Positions 20,766 to 29,380 of a DNA stretch of 33,841 bases are shown in pieces. Position 1 is the stretch's first letter. Each line of letters begins with the position of its first letter. Source of the DNA: a virus; the IMG/VR virus record IMGVR_UViG_3300048918_000375, positions 1 through 33,841 of that record; one strand, given 5' to 3'. A program made the translations under genes and the position numbers. Below the pieces are notes generated by a model. That model was not told the DNA's origin. It saw only the letters and a program-made list of their open reading frames with translations, and did not search any database.

Positions 20766-23500
20766 TGCCGGGCCCCTTCAAGTTTGCCTGGGCTGGCGGC
20801 ACCATCACCGAGCAGCAGACGCTCGTCGTCAACGGCAACACGCACGGCGGCCTGGTCGAAACCATAACCCTGGTCGGCGATACCGAGGCAGGAATCGCGT
20901 CTCTGCGCAACATAGCCAGCAGCAGCGGCTTGGAAGCCGGCGCCTTGTATACGATCGCCGGTCCCGGATTAGCGGATGGCACGTTCTTCATTTACGACGT
21001 TTCGATCCTGACGGAAGAAGGCTCGATCAACCTCAGCGATGCGGCAAGCGGCACGCTTAACAACGCGACGTTTGTGGCGACCAAGTCGATATTGATCGGG
21101 TCTACCGCTGCGGCGATGACCCAAGGATCGCACTTCATCACCTTGGTCGACGACATCGGGTTGCTGCCGGGATTGTACTGCGTGTCTGGCACCAGCATCG
21201 GAGAGACGGCATCGCCGGCGAGCGATACGGAGACGGTCTTTGTCAGCACCGCCTGGGTCTCCTACAGCGGCGGCGGCGTGTTTGCCATGTACATCTTGGT
21301 GCCCGGCGGGATGCAGCCGGTATGGGCGACGTCGACCGGGACTTACGCGATCCGCATCACCGGGATGCCGACGGCCGATTGGTACAGCGTGACGAGCATT
21401 CCTGCTGGCGCGTTGGCGGGGTTGACCGCGGGGTTGCGGTACAACATCGCCGGCAATGGCATTCAAGTCGGCACGACCTTTCTCGCCGACAGCAGCGCCA
21501 CGACGATCACTCTCGATCTTCCGGCCAGCTCTACCAGCATCAACGCCATCCTGACGATTACCGGGCCGCGAACCCCGAACGCCGATTTCGATCCTGCCGT
21601 CCATAACCGGGAAGACGAACAGATCGTCGCCCTGGAGATCAGCCAGGAAGAGGGCGGCTTCGCGACGCTGACCATCGAGATCCGCAATCCCAATATCGGG
21701 TTGCTGGCATTTGGCAGAAACCTCTGGGCCTGGTTGTCATGGGATCAGGCATGGACACCGGAAGGCGGCGGCGCGCCCGACCTTGTCCCGTTATTCAATG
21801 GCCGGCTGATCGGCGTCCCAACGCTATCGGTCGGCGAGACAGTTCAGCTGCAATTTCTGGCCAGGCCCGACGACTTCAACGCACAGAAGGACGCGCTCGT
21901 CTCGGACATGAGCGTGCTGCCGTATTACGATCCGATCTGGCTCGCCGCGAACGTCAATCCCGACACCGTGCTTGAGACGTATTCGTCGCTCTGGCACATC
22001 GACCGCGTCAGCCTCGTATTGACAGCAAGCGACATCCTGCAGGGTGAAGCCGGCGTTATCAGCGTCGGCGAAGACGCCGCGTTCTACGATAGCTTCAGTC
22101 TTTCTTACGGGTCGACGCCGCTCACCGCGATCACTCTATCCGGCACGGTAAGCTGGAACCAACAGGGCGAAGGCGCAATCGACATTACTCAGACGCTTAT
22201 CGATGCGTTTGCCGCCGGCGGGAGCCCGTACAAAACCGCATTCGGCAAGTATGTTCCGCCTAGAGATCCGGCGCGCGGTAAGTCGCCCGCCAAGGGCGGC
22301 GGGCTCATTACCTGCATCTGCGGCGACGGGCTGCGTACCGATTGGCCGAAACCGGGCACCAGCATCGGCGGCGGTTGGTCGCTCTCCACCGGGAACGACG
22401 GTGCGGGGCAGCCGCTGTGCTATTGCATCGATGCGCTGCAGCCGAACGGGTGGATGCAAGCGCAAACCTACAACGTAAAATATGGCGGCCAATCAACCGC
22501 CGACACGACGGGCATGACCAGCGATCAGGCAAATGTGGCCGTGATTACCGAGCCTTACGGTCAATACACCGCGCGCTTTCCGATCAACATCTACAAAATC
22601 CAAATGGTGCTGGACTGGAAAGCAGATCGGCCGCGCACCGAAACCGTTACGGCGGTTTTGACCGCCAACGTTCAGAGAGAGCTGTCTGACACCGCCGACA
22701 GCGATCGCGAAGATATGTCCTATAGTTCCGAATATGTCGACAAGGGCATCGATCCCGGTGGCGAGGTGCCGCTCGGCAGCATCTCTCGCCGGTCATATTT
22801 TCAAACCGACCGCGGGGCCGCGTCTTTTGAATATCTGCTATTGGCGGCGCGGGCGAAGATGCGGGCGCGGGCGCGCTCGGTCGATATCACCTTTGGCGTC
22901 GATTGGTACACTGCGCTCGGCATTACGCTGCGCCACAGCGTCATCTACCTTGACCGGCGGCTGCCCGGCGGCGCTGCAACAGGCAAAGTCAAGAGCTACA
23001 AACTCACCGCCGGCGAAACGATGGCCGGCGAGTTCACCATCGGGTGCTCGATCGGCAACGACGATCTGTCGAGCGCCGCTGAGGGCGTCCTCTCTTATGT
23101 CGAGTTAGATTACGTCGATCCCGGCTATCAGGTCATCGTCGGTGGTCAAAAGATGCTGCTGGATGAGGAACTGGCCTATGAGTCGTTGGACAATTTTGTG
23201 ATCGACGACGACAACCTCGACCTCACCAACATGACCGTGGATCGTGCGGTCAATGAATGCGTCGTGGTTAATGGGTTGACCTCTCAGTTCGATAAGCTGT
23301 CGTCTTATCAACGCCTGGTGGCGCCGACTGCGAGCGACCCGATCAGCGCGATGAAAACCGCGACGACGGCAGTTACTCTTGACCTTAAGCCGCTAACCGG
23401 AAACTCATTTCACACGACGTTCTTTCCCGCCGTCTCTCAGCTCTGGTTGCCGAAGACGATCGACCTCGCAGCCTCGTCGGGCCGACGCCATGCCGTTTGA
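20765..23500 (+). CDS. Large tail-tip / hub (Tal-like) protein, 911 aa
   Basis: Size and position after the tape measure and distal tail protein. The central segment LFNGRLIGVPTLSVGETVQLQFLARPDDF resembles hub-type tail proteins. Confidence 0.55.
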   Translation: MPGPFKFAWAGGTITEQQTLVVNGNTHGGLVETITLVGDTEAGIASLRNIASSSGLEAGALYTIAGPGLADGTFFIYDVSILTEEGSINLSDAASGTLNNATFVATKSILIGSTAAAMTQGSHFITLVDDIGLLPGLYCVSGTSIGETASPASDTETVFVSTAWVSYSGGGVFAMYILVPGGMQPVWATSTGTYAIRITGMPTADWYSVTSIPAGALAGLTAGLRYNIAGNGIQVGTTFLADSSATTITLDLPASSTSINAILTITGPRTPNADFDPAVHNREDEQIVALEISQEEGGFATLTIEIRNPNIGLLAFGRNLWAWLSWDQAWTPEGGGAPDLVPLFNGRLIGVPTLSVGETVQLQFLARPDDFNAQKDALVSDMSVLPYYDPIWLAANVNPDTVLETYSSLWHIDRVSLVLTASDILQGEAGVISVGEDAAFYDSFSLSYGSTPLTAITLSGTVSWNQQGEGAIDITQTLIDAFAAGGSPYKTAFGKYVPPRDPARGKSPAKGGGLITCICGDGLRTDWPKPGTSIGGGWSLSTGNDGAGQPLCYCIDALQPNGWMQAQTYNVKYGGQSTADTTGMTSDQANVAVITEPYGQYTARFPINIYKIQMVLDWKADRPRTETVTAVLTANVQRELSDTADSDREDMSYSSEYVDKGIDPGGEVPLGSISRRSYFQTDRGAASFEYLLLAARAKMRARARSVDITFGVDWYTALGITLRHSVIYLDRRLPGGAATGKVKSYKLTAGETMAGEFTIGCSIGNDDLSSAAEGVLSYVELDYVDPGYQVIVGGQKMLLDEELAYESLDNFVIDDDNLDLTNMTVDRAVNECVVVNGLTSQFDKLSSYQRLVAPTASDPISAMKTATTAVTLDLKPLTGNSFHTTFFPAVSQLWLPKTIDLAASSGRRHAV

Positions 23501-23624
23501 ATATGCCGTCCGCCCTTTTGAGTCGAGGGATAGTCATGGTCGGGTCATTCTACCTGCAACGCCGTCGGGCTTCGAGCGGGCGACCCTGACCTGGGGCGCT
23601 AAGGTCGCCGGCTTGCCGGAACCG
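23490..23624 (+). repeat. Conserved 5-prime block, copy 1
   Basis: Direct comparison of the DNA with 23943-24056 and 24559-24693. Confidence 0.85.
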
Positions 23625-23933
23625 GAAATATCCGGAACCGAAGTCACCTGTTGCCATGAACAGTTGGCCGAACATCAACGGGTCGGCGAAGTACACAAGA
23701 TTGTGTCGAAGGAATCTCCTGGGCTGTTCATTCTGGAACATCGAGCCACCGAAGTTAAACTTAAAAAGAAAACGGAAGATAAATGTGCCTCCGATTGGAC
23801 GCAGATGTCGTATGTCGCATCCGCGGTGGAAAGTGTTTTCGCCGATCTTAAGGCTGACATTGAATCCGTCGGCGGGGCCGATGCCGAGAGTACCGATCCG
23901 TGTTTTACCACGCTTCACCTCAACACAACATAG
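23490..23933 (+). CDS. Paralog 1 of the MPFEY-family (147 aa), unknown function
   Basis: Shares an N-terminal 45-aa block and a C-terminal CASDWTQMSYVASAVESVFADLKADIESVGG block with the next two genes. Confidence 0.7.
   Translation: MPFEYAVRPFESRDSHGRVILPATPSGFERATLTWGAKVAGLPEPEISGTEVTCCHEQLAEHQRVGEVHKIVSKESPGLFILEHRATEVKLKKKTEDKCASDWTQMSYVASAVESVFADLKADIESVGGADAESTDPCFTTLHLNTT
23775..23876 (+). repeat. Conserved 3-prime block, copy 1
   Basis: GATAAATGTGCC..GATTGGACGCAGATGTCGTATGTCGC..GACATTGAATCCGTCGGCGG. Confidence 0.8.
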
Positions 23934-23942
23934 AGCTAATGA

Positions 23943-24056
23943 ATGCCCTTTGAATACTTTGTCAGGCCGTTTCAATCCACCGACTCGCACGGCCGGGTCA
24001 TCCTGCCTGCGACGCCGTCGGGCTTCGAACGCGCGACCCTGACCTGGGGCGCTAAG
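23943..24056 (+). repeat. Conserved 5-prime block, copy 2
   Basis: About 7 mismatches in 114 nt versus copy 3. Confidence 0.85.
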
Positions 24057-24542
24057 ACAACGGCGAATCAGGTGCAGCTCAAGAAAGAAGGTCAGGGCGC
24101 CGGGTGCTGCAAGGACACGCGGACGCAGAATAAGGCAGAGAAACAGTTTGCGGGGCAGTTTATGCAACAGATTTGGGGACCGGGAACGGCCGGGCCGCCG
24201 CGACCACATGGACAATGGGGCGCTAGCGTTGACACCAAACGAAGTGTCGGCGTTTTATCGAAGGTGAACGACACGAATAGCTGCGCCGATGATTGGACGC
24301 AGATGTCTTACGTTGCGTCTGCGGTGGAAAGTGTTCTTGCCGACCTTAAGGATGACATTGAATCCGTCGGCGGCAAGACTGTTGATCATTGCAAGGCGAG
24401 GATCAATTCAGTCGTAACTGAGGCTTGGGAATTTACCGGCGATCCAGCTGGAGCGTTTCCCCAAAAGGTTCCGGCCTTTCCCCCTCCCAGCCTCGCCGGT
24501 ACTCCTGGCTTGGTCTGGGAACCGCCGGCGGCACCAGCGTAA
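23943..24542 (+). CDS. Paralog 2 of the MPFEY-family (199 aa), divergent core and Pro-rich tail
   Basis: Same N-terminal 38-aa block and CADDWTQMSYVASAVESVLADLKDDIESVGGKTVDHC block. Confidence 0.7.
   Translation: MPFEYFVRPFQSTDSHGRVILPATPSGFERATLTWGAKTTANQVQLKKEGQGAGCCKDTRTQNKAEKQFAGQFMQQIWGPGTAGPPRPHGQWGASVDTKRSVGVLSKVNDTNSCADDWTQMSYVASAVESVLADLKDDIESVGGKTVDHCKARINSVVTEAWEFTGDPAGAFPQKVPAFPPPSLAGTPGLVWEPPAAPA
24270..24392 (+). repeat. Conserved 3-prime block, copy 2
   Basis: GATGATTGGACGCAGATGTC..GCCGACCTTAAGGATGACATTGAATCCGTCGGCGGCAAGACTGTTGATCA. Confidence 0.8.
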
Positions 24543-24558
24543 CCGCGGGGCGAAGAAA

Positions 24559-24693
24559 ATGCCATTTGAATACTTTGTCAGGCCATTTCAATCCACCGAC
24601 TCGCACGGTCGGGTCATCCTACCTGCGACGCCGTCGGGCTTCGAGCGCGCGACCCTGACCTGGGGGGCCAAGGTCGCCGGCTTGCCGGAACCG
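24559..24693 (+). repeat. Conserved 5-prime block, copy 3
   Basis: Mosaic: like copy 2 at its 5-prime end, and like copy 1 in GTCGCCGGCTTGCCGGAACCG. Confidence 0.85.
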
Positions 24694-25017
24694 AAAAGAA
24701 CTGGAAACAACGTTAATTGCTGCAACGAGCATCTGCATGAGCTCGACCGGAAAGGCGATATAGTAAGCATCGCCGACCCGGATACGCCGGAAAATTACAT
24801 AGTCGTCGACCGTGCGGTTGCGGTGAACTTTCGCAAAGCCACGGACGATAAATGCGCCGATGATTGGTTGCAGATGTCGTATGTCGCGTCTGCGGTAGCA
24901 GCTGTTTTCGCCGACCTTAAGGATGACATCGAATCCGTCGGCGGCAAGACTGTTGATCAGTGCCACCAGACTTTTCATTTGAGTCCGAACACCGTGCCGC
25001 CGTGGGAAGACCCATGA
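24559..25017 (+). CDS. Paralog 3 of the MPFEY-family (152 aa)
   Basis: Same blocks, with architecture collinear to paralog 1. Confidence 0.7.
   Translation: MPFEYFVRPFQSTDSHGRVILPATPSGFERATLTWGAKVAGLPEPKRTGNNVNCCNEHLHELDRKGDIVSIADPDTPENYIVVDRAVAVNFRKATDDKCADDWLQMSYVASAVAAVFADLKDDIESVGGKTVDQCHQTFHLSPNTVPPWEDP
24844..24963 (+). repeat. Conserved 3-prime block, copy 3
   Basis: Shares GATAAATG and ATGTCGTATGTCGC with copy 1, and the GGCAAGACTGTTGATCA tail with copy 2. Confidence 0.8.
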
Positions 25018-25613
25018 TTACCAGGCCAAGGCGGGGCCGCGATGTGTCGACGCAGACCTTCTCTTATCAGATCCCGTTCATGCTGGATCGCATTGTCGAA
25101 CTGCATACCAAGCGCGACCCGACACAAGATCCGCCGCCGCCCGCGGAACCGCCGCCGGAAACGCCGATCATCTGTACCCCGTCATGGGATTCCAGCCCAG
25201 AGTTCGGCATACCAACATTTATCTATTATGTCGGCAACGCGCTGTGGATCAACCCGCAGCAATGCTGCCCGCCGGCTATGTTGAACCCGGATGGTAGTCC
25301 GTTGGATATGGGGGATATCACCGGGCCGGTGGTTAATTTCAGTTCTGCAATGATACCGGGGCAAAACGCCCCGAAGGTGACGATAACATTTAACGGCGAT
25401 GTGGACTGGATCAAAAAGTGGCCGCGAACCTGCATCCAGCAAATCGACCGATACGAACCGGAGTTCGTTAGCTCGCCCGTAATCTGTACCATTGACGAGA
25501 TGGCCTTGCCGGAACACGAGGCGCATCAGGGATGCGGCACGACCATTATAGTCAAGGTGCCGCCGGGTGGCGGCGGCCACATCACTGTCGAATTTGACTG
25601 CGAAGGCGGCTGA
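25014..25613 (+). CDS. Cys-rich tail-associated hypothetical protein (199 aa)
   Basis: ATGA coupling to paralog 3 and TGATG coupling to the fibre gene. Pro-rich linker (DPPPPAEPPPETP) followed by a domain with 8 Cys. Confidence 0.55.
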   Translation: MITRPRRGRDVSTQTFSYQIPFMLDRIVELHTKRDPTQDPPPPAEPPPETPIICTPSWDSSPEFGIPTFIYYVGNALWINPQQCCPPAMLNPDGSPLDMGDITGPVVNFSSAMIPGQNAPKVTITFNGDVDWIKKWPRTCIQQIDRYEPEFVSSPVICTIDEMALPEHEAHQGCGTTIIVKVPPGGGGHITVEFDCEGG

Positions 25614-28600
25614 TGGTTGACATCACTTATCGCACGCTCGGGCCGTGGGGTTCCGGCAAGGGAGCCAACCTTCAACCGAGCGAGGTTGATGAAAACTTTT
25701 ATTCGTTAGCACAGGCAATTGTCGATATCCAGGCCAACCCGGAAGCGCCGAACGGGATAGAATCGATCACGGTCAGCGGCACGCAGATGACCATCTACCT
25801 GACGGATGGCACTGTGCTTGGGCCGTATACATTGCCGGTGCTTACGTTCCGTTGGCGCGGCGAGTTCGAGCCGAATGTTTATGCCGTGCTCGATGTCTTT
25901 ACCGTCAGCACCGGCAATACCGACGTTCTCGATCCAGCTTTAGTTTCTTACGGCATTTATATGGTGCAGATCGCCGGCACCTATTCGCTATTCGACCAGA
26001 ACGAAATGGTCGATGGCGCGCCCGTCTACAAACAGTTGTTCGGATCGGCCGACAACAGCGTCAGCACGATGGGCGACGTTGATATCATCGAGCCGCTAAC
26101 TGACGGCGACGTGCTGCGTTGGACGGAGAGTATTAGCCGGTGGGTGAACTCTCCGCTGGGATCGATGGCGGTGCAGGCCGCCAGCAATGTCAATATTACG
26201 GGAGGCGTGTTCCACAACCTCGCCAACCCGTTGTTGCCGGGGGACGCCGTCAACAAGGCATACGTCGACGCGCTGCCAGGCGGCACCATGGTGAACGACC
26301 ACACCATGATGTCGAACATTTCCGGCCTGATCGGGCCGGCGCTGCCCAACACACTGTCGGATTTCCTCGACTACGTGCTCCTGACGACCGTGCGCGGCAC
26401 GTTGCTCTACCGCGGCGGCACGGGTTGGCTCGCGTTGCCTCCGGGTGCCGATGGTCAGTTCCTCCAGACGCACGATGCGGGCGCCGACCCGACGTGGGCG
26501 GTCGGGGCTGCCGGTGTCGTCCGGATCGCCGCCGGCACCGGGATCGATACCGGCGGCGCCGACATCACGAGCACCGGCATCGTATCGCTAGCCGGCGCCG
26601 CCGACAGCCGCCTCCTGGCAAATATCAGCGGCGCCGCGGCCTCACCCACGCCGCAGACCCTATCGGCCATTCTCGACCACATCCTGACCAACGCGCGCGG
26701 CACCATCCTGGCGCGCAACATCAGCGGATGGGTGGGGTTAGCGCCGGGGACCAGCGGCTACTATCTGAAGACGCAAGGCGCGGGCGCCGATGTGATGTGG
26801 GACGCCCCGGTCGGCTCGGGCACGCTCACCTCGATCAGCGCCGGAACCGGCATCACGACGGGCGGCTCGCCGATCACGGCCACCGGCACGGTGTCGCTGG
26901 CCGACATTGCCAGCGACCGCATCCTGGCGAACATCAGCGGCAGCACCGCGGCGCCGACGCCACAGACGCTAACCCTGGTCTTGGATCACATCTTCGGCAC
27001 CACGCAGGGCGCCGTGCTGTACCGCTCGGCGACCGCCTGGGTGATGCTGTCTCCCGGCACCAGCGGTCAGTTCCTGGCGACCGGCGGCGCGGCGGCAAAC
27101 CCCTCGTGGCAGAACGCGCCGATCACCGGGGCCAGCACGGCGAACCTGCGGATCGTCTCGAACATCAGCGGCTCGACGGCTGTCCCGACCGGCAACACGC
27201 TGTCGAATATCCTCGACGCGATCATCAGCTCGTCGCGCGGCACGCTGCTCTACCGCAGCAACAGCGGCTGGACCGGGTTGGCGGCTGGCACGACCGGGCA
27301 GATCCTGCAAACCGGCGGCGCTAGCGGCGACCCAAGCTGGACCGCGCCGCCGGGCGCCACGGCGATCAGCAACAGCCGGGTTATGTCCAACATCAGCGGT
27401 GGTTCGGCGGCGCCGATTGGCAACACGCTGACCGCGATATTCGACAGCATCCTCGGCGCGGCCCGCGGGATGATCATTTACCGCGACAACAGCGGCTGGC
27501 GCACGTTGGCGGCGGGCACCGCGGGACAGCTTTTGCGCACCGGCGGCACAACTGCCGACCCGAGCTGGATCACCGCAACGCCGGCCAGCGGCATCTCGCA
27601 GTTGACCGGCGATGTCGCCGCCGGTCCCGGCACCGGCAGCCAAGTCGCCACCCTCGCCAGTACCGCCGTGACGCCAGGCAGCTACACCGCGGCCAACATC
27701 ACGGTCGATGCTAAGGGCAGGGTCACCGCGGCAGCCAACGGCGCGGCTGGCAGCGGCATCAATCAGCTCACCGGCGATGTGACGGCGGGCCCCGGCACCG
27801 GCAGTCAAGCCGCAACATTGTCGAATACCGCGGTGACGCCGGGGAGCTACACGCTGGCTTCGATCACCGTCGATGCTAAAGGACGGCTCACAGCCGCAAG
27901 CAACGGCACGGGCGGCGGCCTCACCGATGCGCCGAGCGACGGCACGTCATACGGCCGTCTCAACGCCACCTGGGCCGCTGTGGCGCCGCTTGCCAGCCCG
28001 GCGCTGACCGGCACGCCAACGGCGCCGACAGCCGCTCTCGCGACGAGCACAACGCAGATTGCCACGACTGCGTTTGTGCAAGCGGCGTTGCCGGCCGCCG
28101 GACTGAATCAGCTTACGGGCGATGTGACCGCCGGCCCTGGCAGCGGCAGCCAAGCCGCGACGCTGGCCAATACCGCGGTGACGCCTGGCAGCTATACCGC
28201 GGCGAATATCACAGTTGATGCGAAAGGCAGGGTGACGGCGGCGGCCAACGGCAGCGGCGGCGGCATCACGCAGTTGACCGGCGACGCGACGGCAGGGCCC
28301 GGCAGCGGCAGCCAGGCGATTACGCTCGCCAGTACCGCGGTGACGGCCGGCAGCTATACCGCGGCGAATATCACAGTTGATGCGAAAGGCAGGGTCACCG
28401 CGGCGGCCAACGGCGCCGCGGTGCCACACCCCGGTTATCGCTCGGGTATCTATTACACGCGGCCGATATCCGCGCCCGGCGTCAATACCGCAATGGTGGC
28501 TAACCGGATTTACGCCACACCGATTTTCATCGCCAGCCCGATCACTATCGATGCGATGCAGATTTTTGTCGGGACGGTGGCGAGCAGCACCTCTGCCGAG

Positions 28601-28954
28601 CTTGGCATTTATGCCAATTCCAATGGTGCGGTCGGCAGCTTGATCCGGGATGTCGGAACGGTCAACACGGGGTTGTCCAACGTGCAGGCGGTGACCGGGT
28701 TCACTCAGGCATTGGCGGCTGGCTGGTATTTTCTAGTTGCCGGGTTTAGCGGCACGCCGTCGGTTATCACGACGACAGCCACCGATATTTCGCAGATGCA
28801 CCTGCTGGGTTTCACCGGATTGGGTTCGAGTTTCCAGGGCTTCCAAGGCTGGCTCGCGACGTGGACATTCTCGGCCGGCAACCTGCCGACGACGCTCGCT
28901 GGTCCGGCTCAGAATGCCGGATCGTTTCCGCTGATCGCGTTCCGGGCGCAGTGA
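25613..28954 (+). CDS. Tail fibre (1113 aa) with two internal repeat families and a distinct C-terminal domain
   Basis: Five NISG...L(D)xI...RG.(L/I).YR...GW..L..GT.GQ.L.T.G...DP.W units. Four QLTGD(V/A)TAGPG.GSQA.TL..TAVT.GSYT.A.ITVDAKGR.TAA.NG units. APSDGTSYGR.NATW and TTQIATTAFV motifs typical of phage fibres. Confidence 0.85.
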   Translation: MVDITYRTLGPWGSGKGANLQPSEVDENFYSLAQAIVDIQANPEAPNGIESITVSGTQMTIYLTDGTVLGPYTLPVLTFRWRGEFEPNVYAVLDVFTVSTGNTDVLDPALVSYGIYMVQIAGTYSLFDQNEMVDGAPVYKQLFGSADNSVSTMGDVDIIEPLTDGDVLRWTESISRWVNSPLGSMAVQAASNVNITGGVFHNLANPLLPGDAVNKAYVDALPGGTMVNDHTMMSNISGLIGPALPNTLSDFLDYVLLTTVRGTLLYRGGTGWLALPPGADGQFLQTHDAGADPTWAVGAAGVVRIAAGTGIDTGGADITSTGIVSLAGAADSRLLANISGAAASPTPQTLSAILDHILTNARGTILARNISGWVGLAPGTSGYYLKTQGAGADVMWDAPVGSGTLTSISAGTGITTGGSPITATGTVSLADIASDRILANISGSTAAPTPQTLTLVLDHIFGTTQGAVLYRSATAWVMLSPGTSGQFLATGGAAANPSWQNAPITGASTANLRIVSNISGSTAVPTGNTLSNILDAIISSSRGTLLYRSNSGWTGLAAGTTGQILQTGGASGDPSWTAPPGATAISNSRVMSNISGGSAAPIGNTLTAIFDSILGAARGMIIYRDNSGWRTLAAGTAGQLLRTGGTTADPSWITATPASGISQLTGDVAAGPGTGSQVATLASTAVTPGSYTAANITVDAKGRVTAAANGAAGSGINQLTGDVTAGPGTGSQAATLSNTAVTPGSYTLASITVDAKGRLTAASNGTGGGLTDAPSDGTSYGRLNATWAAVAPLASPALTGTPTAPTAALATSTTQIATTAFVQAALPAAGLNQLTGDVTAGPGSGSQAATLANTAVTPGSYTAANITVDAKGRVTAAANGSGGGITQLTGDATAGPGSGSQAITLASTAVTAGSYTAANITVDAKGRVTAAANGAAVPHPGYRSGIYYTRPISAPGVNTAMVANRIYATPIFIASPITIDAMQIFVGTVASSTSAELGIYANSNGAVGSLIRDVGTVNTGLSNVQAVTGFTQALAAGWYFLVAGFSGTPSVITTTATDISQMHLLGFTGLGSSFQGFQGWLATWTFSAGNLPTTLAGPAQNAGSFPLIAFRAQ
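26306..27592 (+). repeat. Fibre repeat family A (5 units of about 75-100 aa, protein-level similarity)
   Basis: Units start near aa 232, 334, 437, 513 and 589 of the fibre. Confidence 0.75.
27593..28417 (+). repeat. Fibre repeat family B (4 units of about 54 aa in two pairs separated by a 60-aa linker)
   Basis: 28171-28252 versus 28333-28414 differ at only 5 of 82 nt and share a 47-nt identical run. Confidence 0.85.
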
Positions 28955-28984
28955 GCCAAATCGTCATCGGTTAGGAGGTGGCGC

Positions 28985-29143
28985 ATGATTTTAGAAATCC
29001 TGTTCGTCGTGGTCATGTTCCTCTGGTTGTTGACGATTTTGCCGCTGCCGCCGATGGCGCCGTTCTCGGCGAGCAACGTCTATTTCGCGTTCGTCGCGGT
29101 GCTGCTGCTCGGGCTGTTTGTTTTCCTACCGGCGATGCGGTGA
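28985..29143 (+). CDS. 52-aa two-transmembrane protein, holin-like (below the ORF-track cut-off)
   Basis: AGGAGG lies 6 nt upstream of ATG 28985. Translation is MILEILFVVVMFLWLLTILPLPPMAPFSASNVYFAFVAVLLLGLFVFLPAMR. It supersedes the first part of track ORF 28978-29376. Confidence 0.6.
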   Translation: MILEILFVVVMFLWLLTILPLPPMAPFSASNVYFAFVAVLLLGLFVFLPAMR

Positions 29144-29172
29144 GCTTTGTCCTTGCTTCGGGGCTGTACCTG

Positions 29173-29376
29173 ATGGTGCTGCATCGCGGCGACGGGGGCG
29201 AGGTCATCGTAAACCCGGCACAGATCGTGACGTTGCACGCGCCGACGCCGGGGAGCAGCACGGCCCGGTTATTTACCGGCGCCGTGCGCTGCGCGATCGG
29301 ACTCAGCGACGGCAAGTGGTTGTCGGTGGTGGAGCCGTGTGAAACTATCAGGCAGCGGTTGGAGGAACGGCGTTAA
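29173..29376 (+). CDS. Small hypothetical protein (67 aa; alternative GTG start at 29140) with an FlbD-like sequence pattern
   Basis: MVLHRGDGGEVIVNPAQIVTL...IGLSDGKWLSVVEPCETIRQRLE parallels the M-I-x-L-x-R-x-N-G...N...I and L.dGk...V.E..eei pattern of small FlbD/SwrD-type proteins (from memory, unverified). Confidence 0.45.
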   Translation: MVLHRGDGGEVIVNPAQIVTLHAPTPGSSTARLFTGAVRCAIGLSDGKWLSVVEPCETIRQRLEERR

Positions 29377-29380
29377 ACCC

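Noticed and set aside
23490-28417. CRISPR array or diversity-generating retroelement to explain the repeated sequences
   Set aside because: The repeats are 80-135 bp, lie in frame within protein-coding genes and have variable spacing of 160-620 bp. There are no short regular spacers, no cas genes, no reverse transcriptase ORF and no adenine-biased template/variable repeat pair.
28978-29376. A single 132-aa ORF as given in the track
   Set aside because: Its GTG start lies inside the AGGAGG Shine-Dalgarno that serves ATG 28985 in another frame. The first half is better explained by the 52-aa two-TM protein, and only the second half (from 29140/29173) looks coding in this frame.
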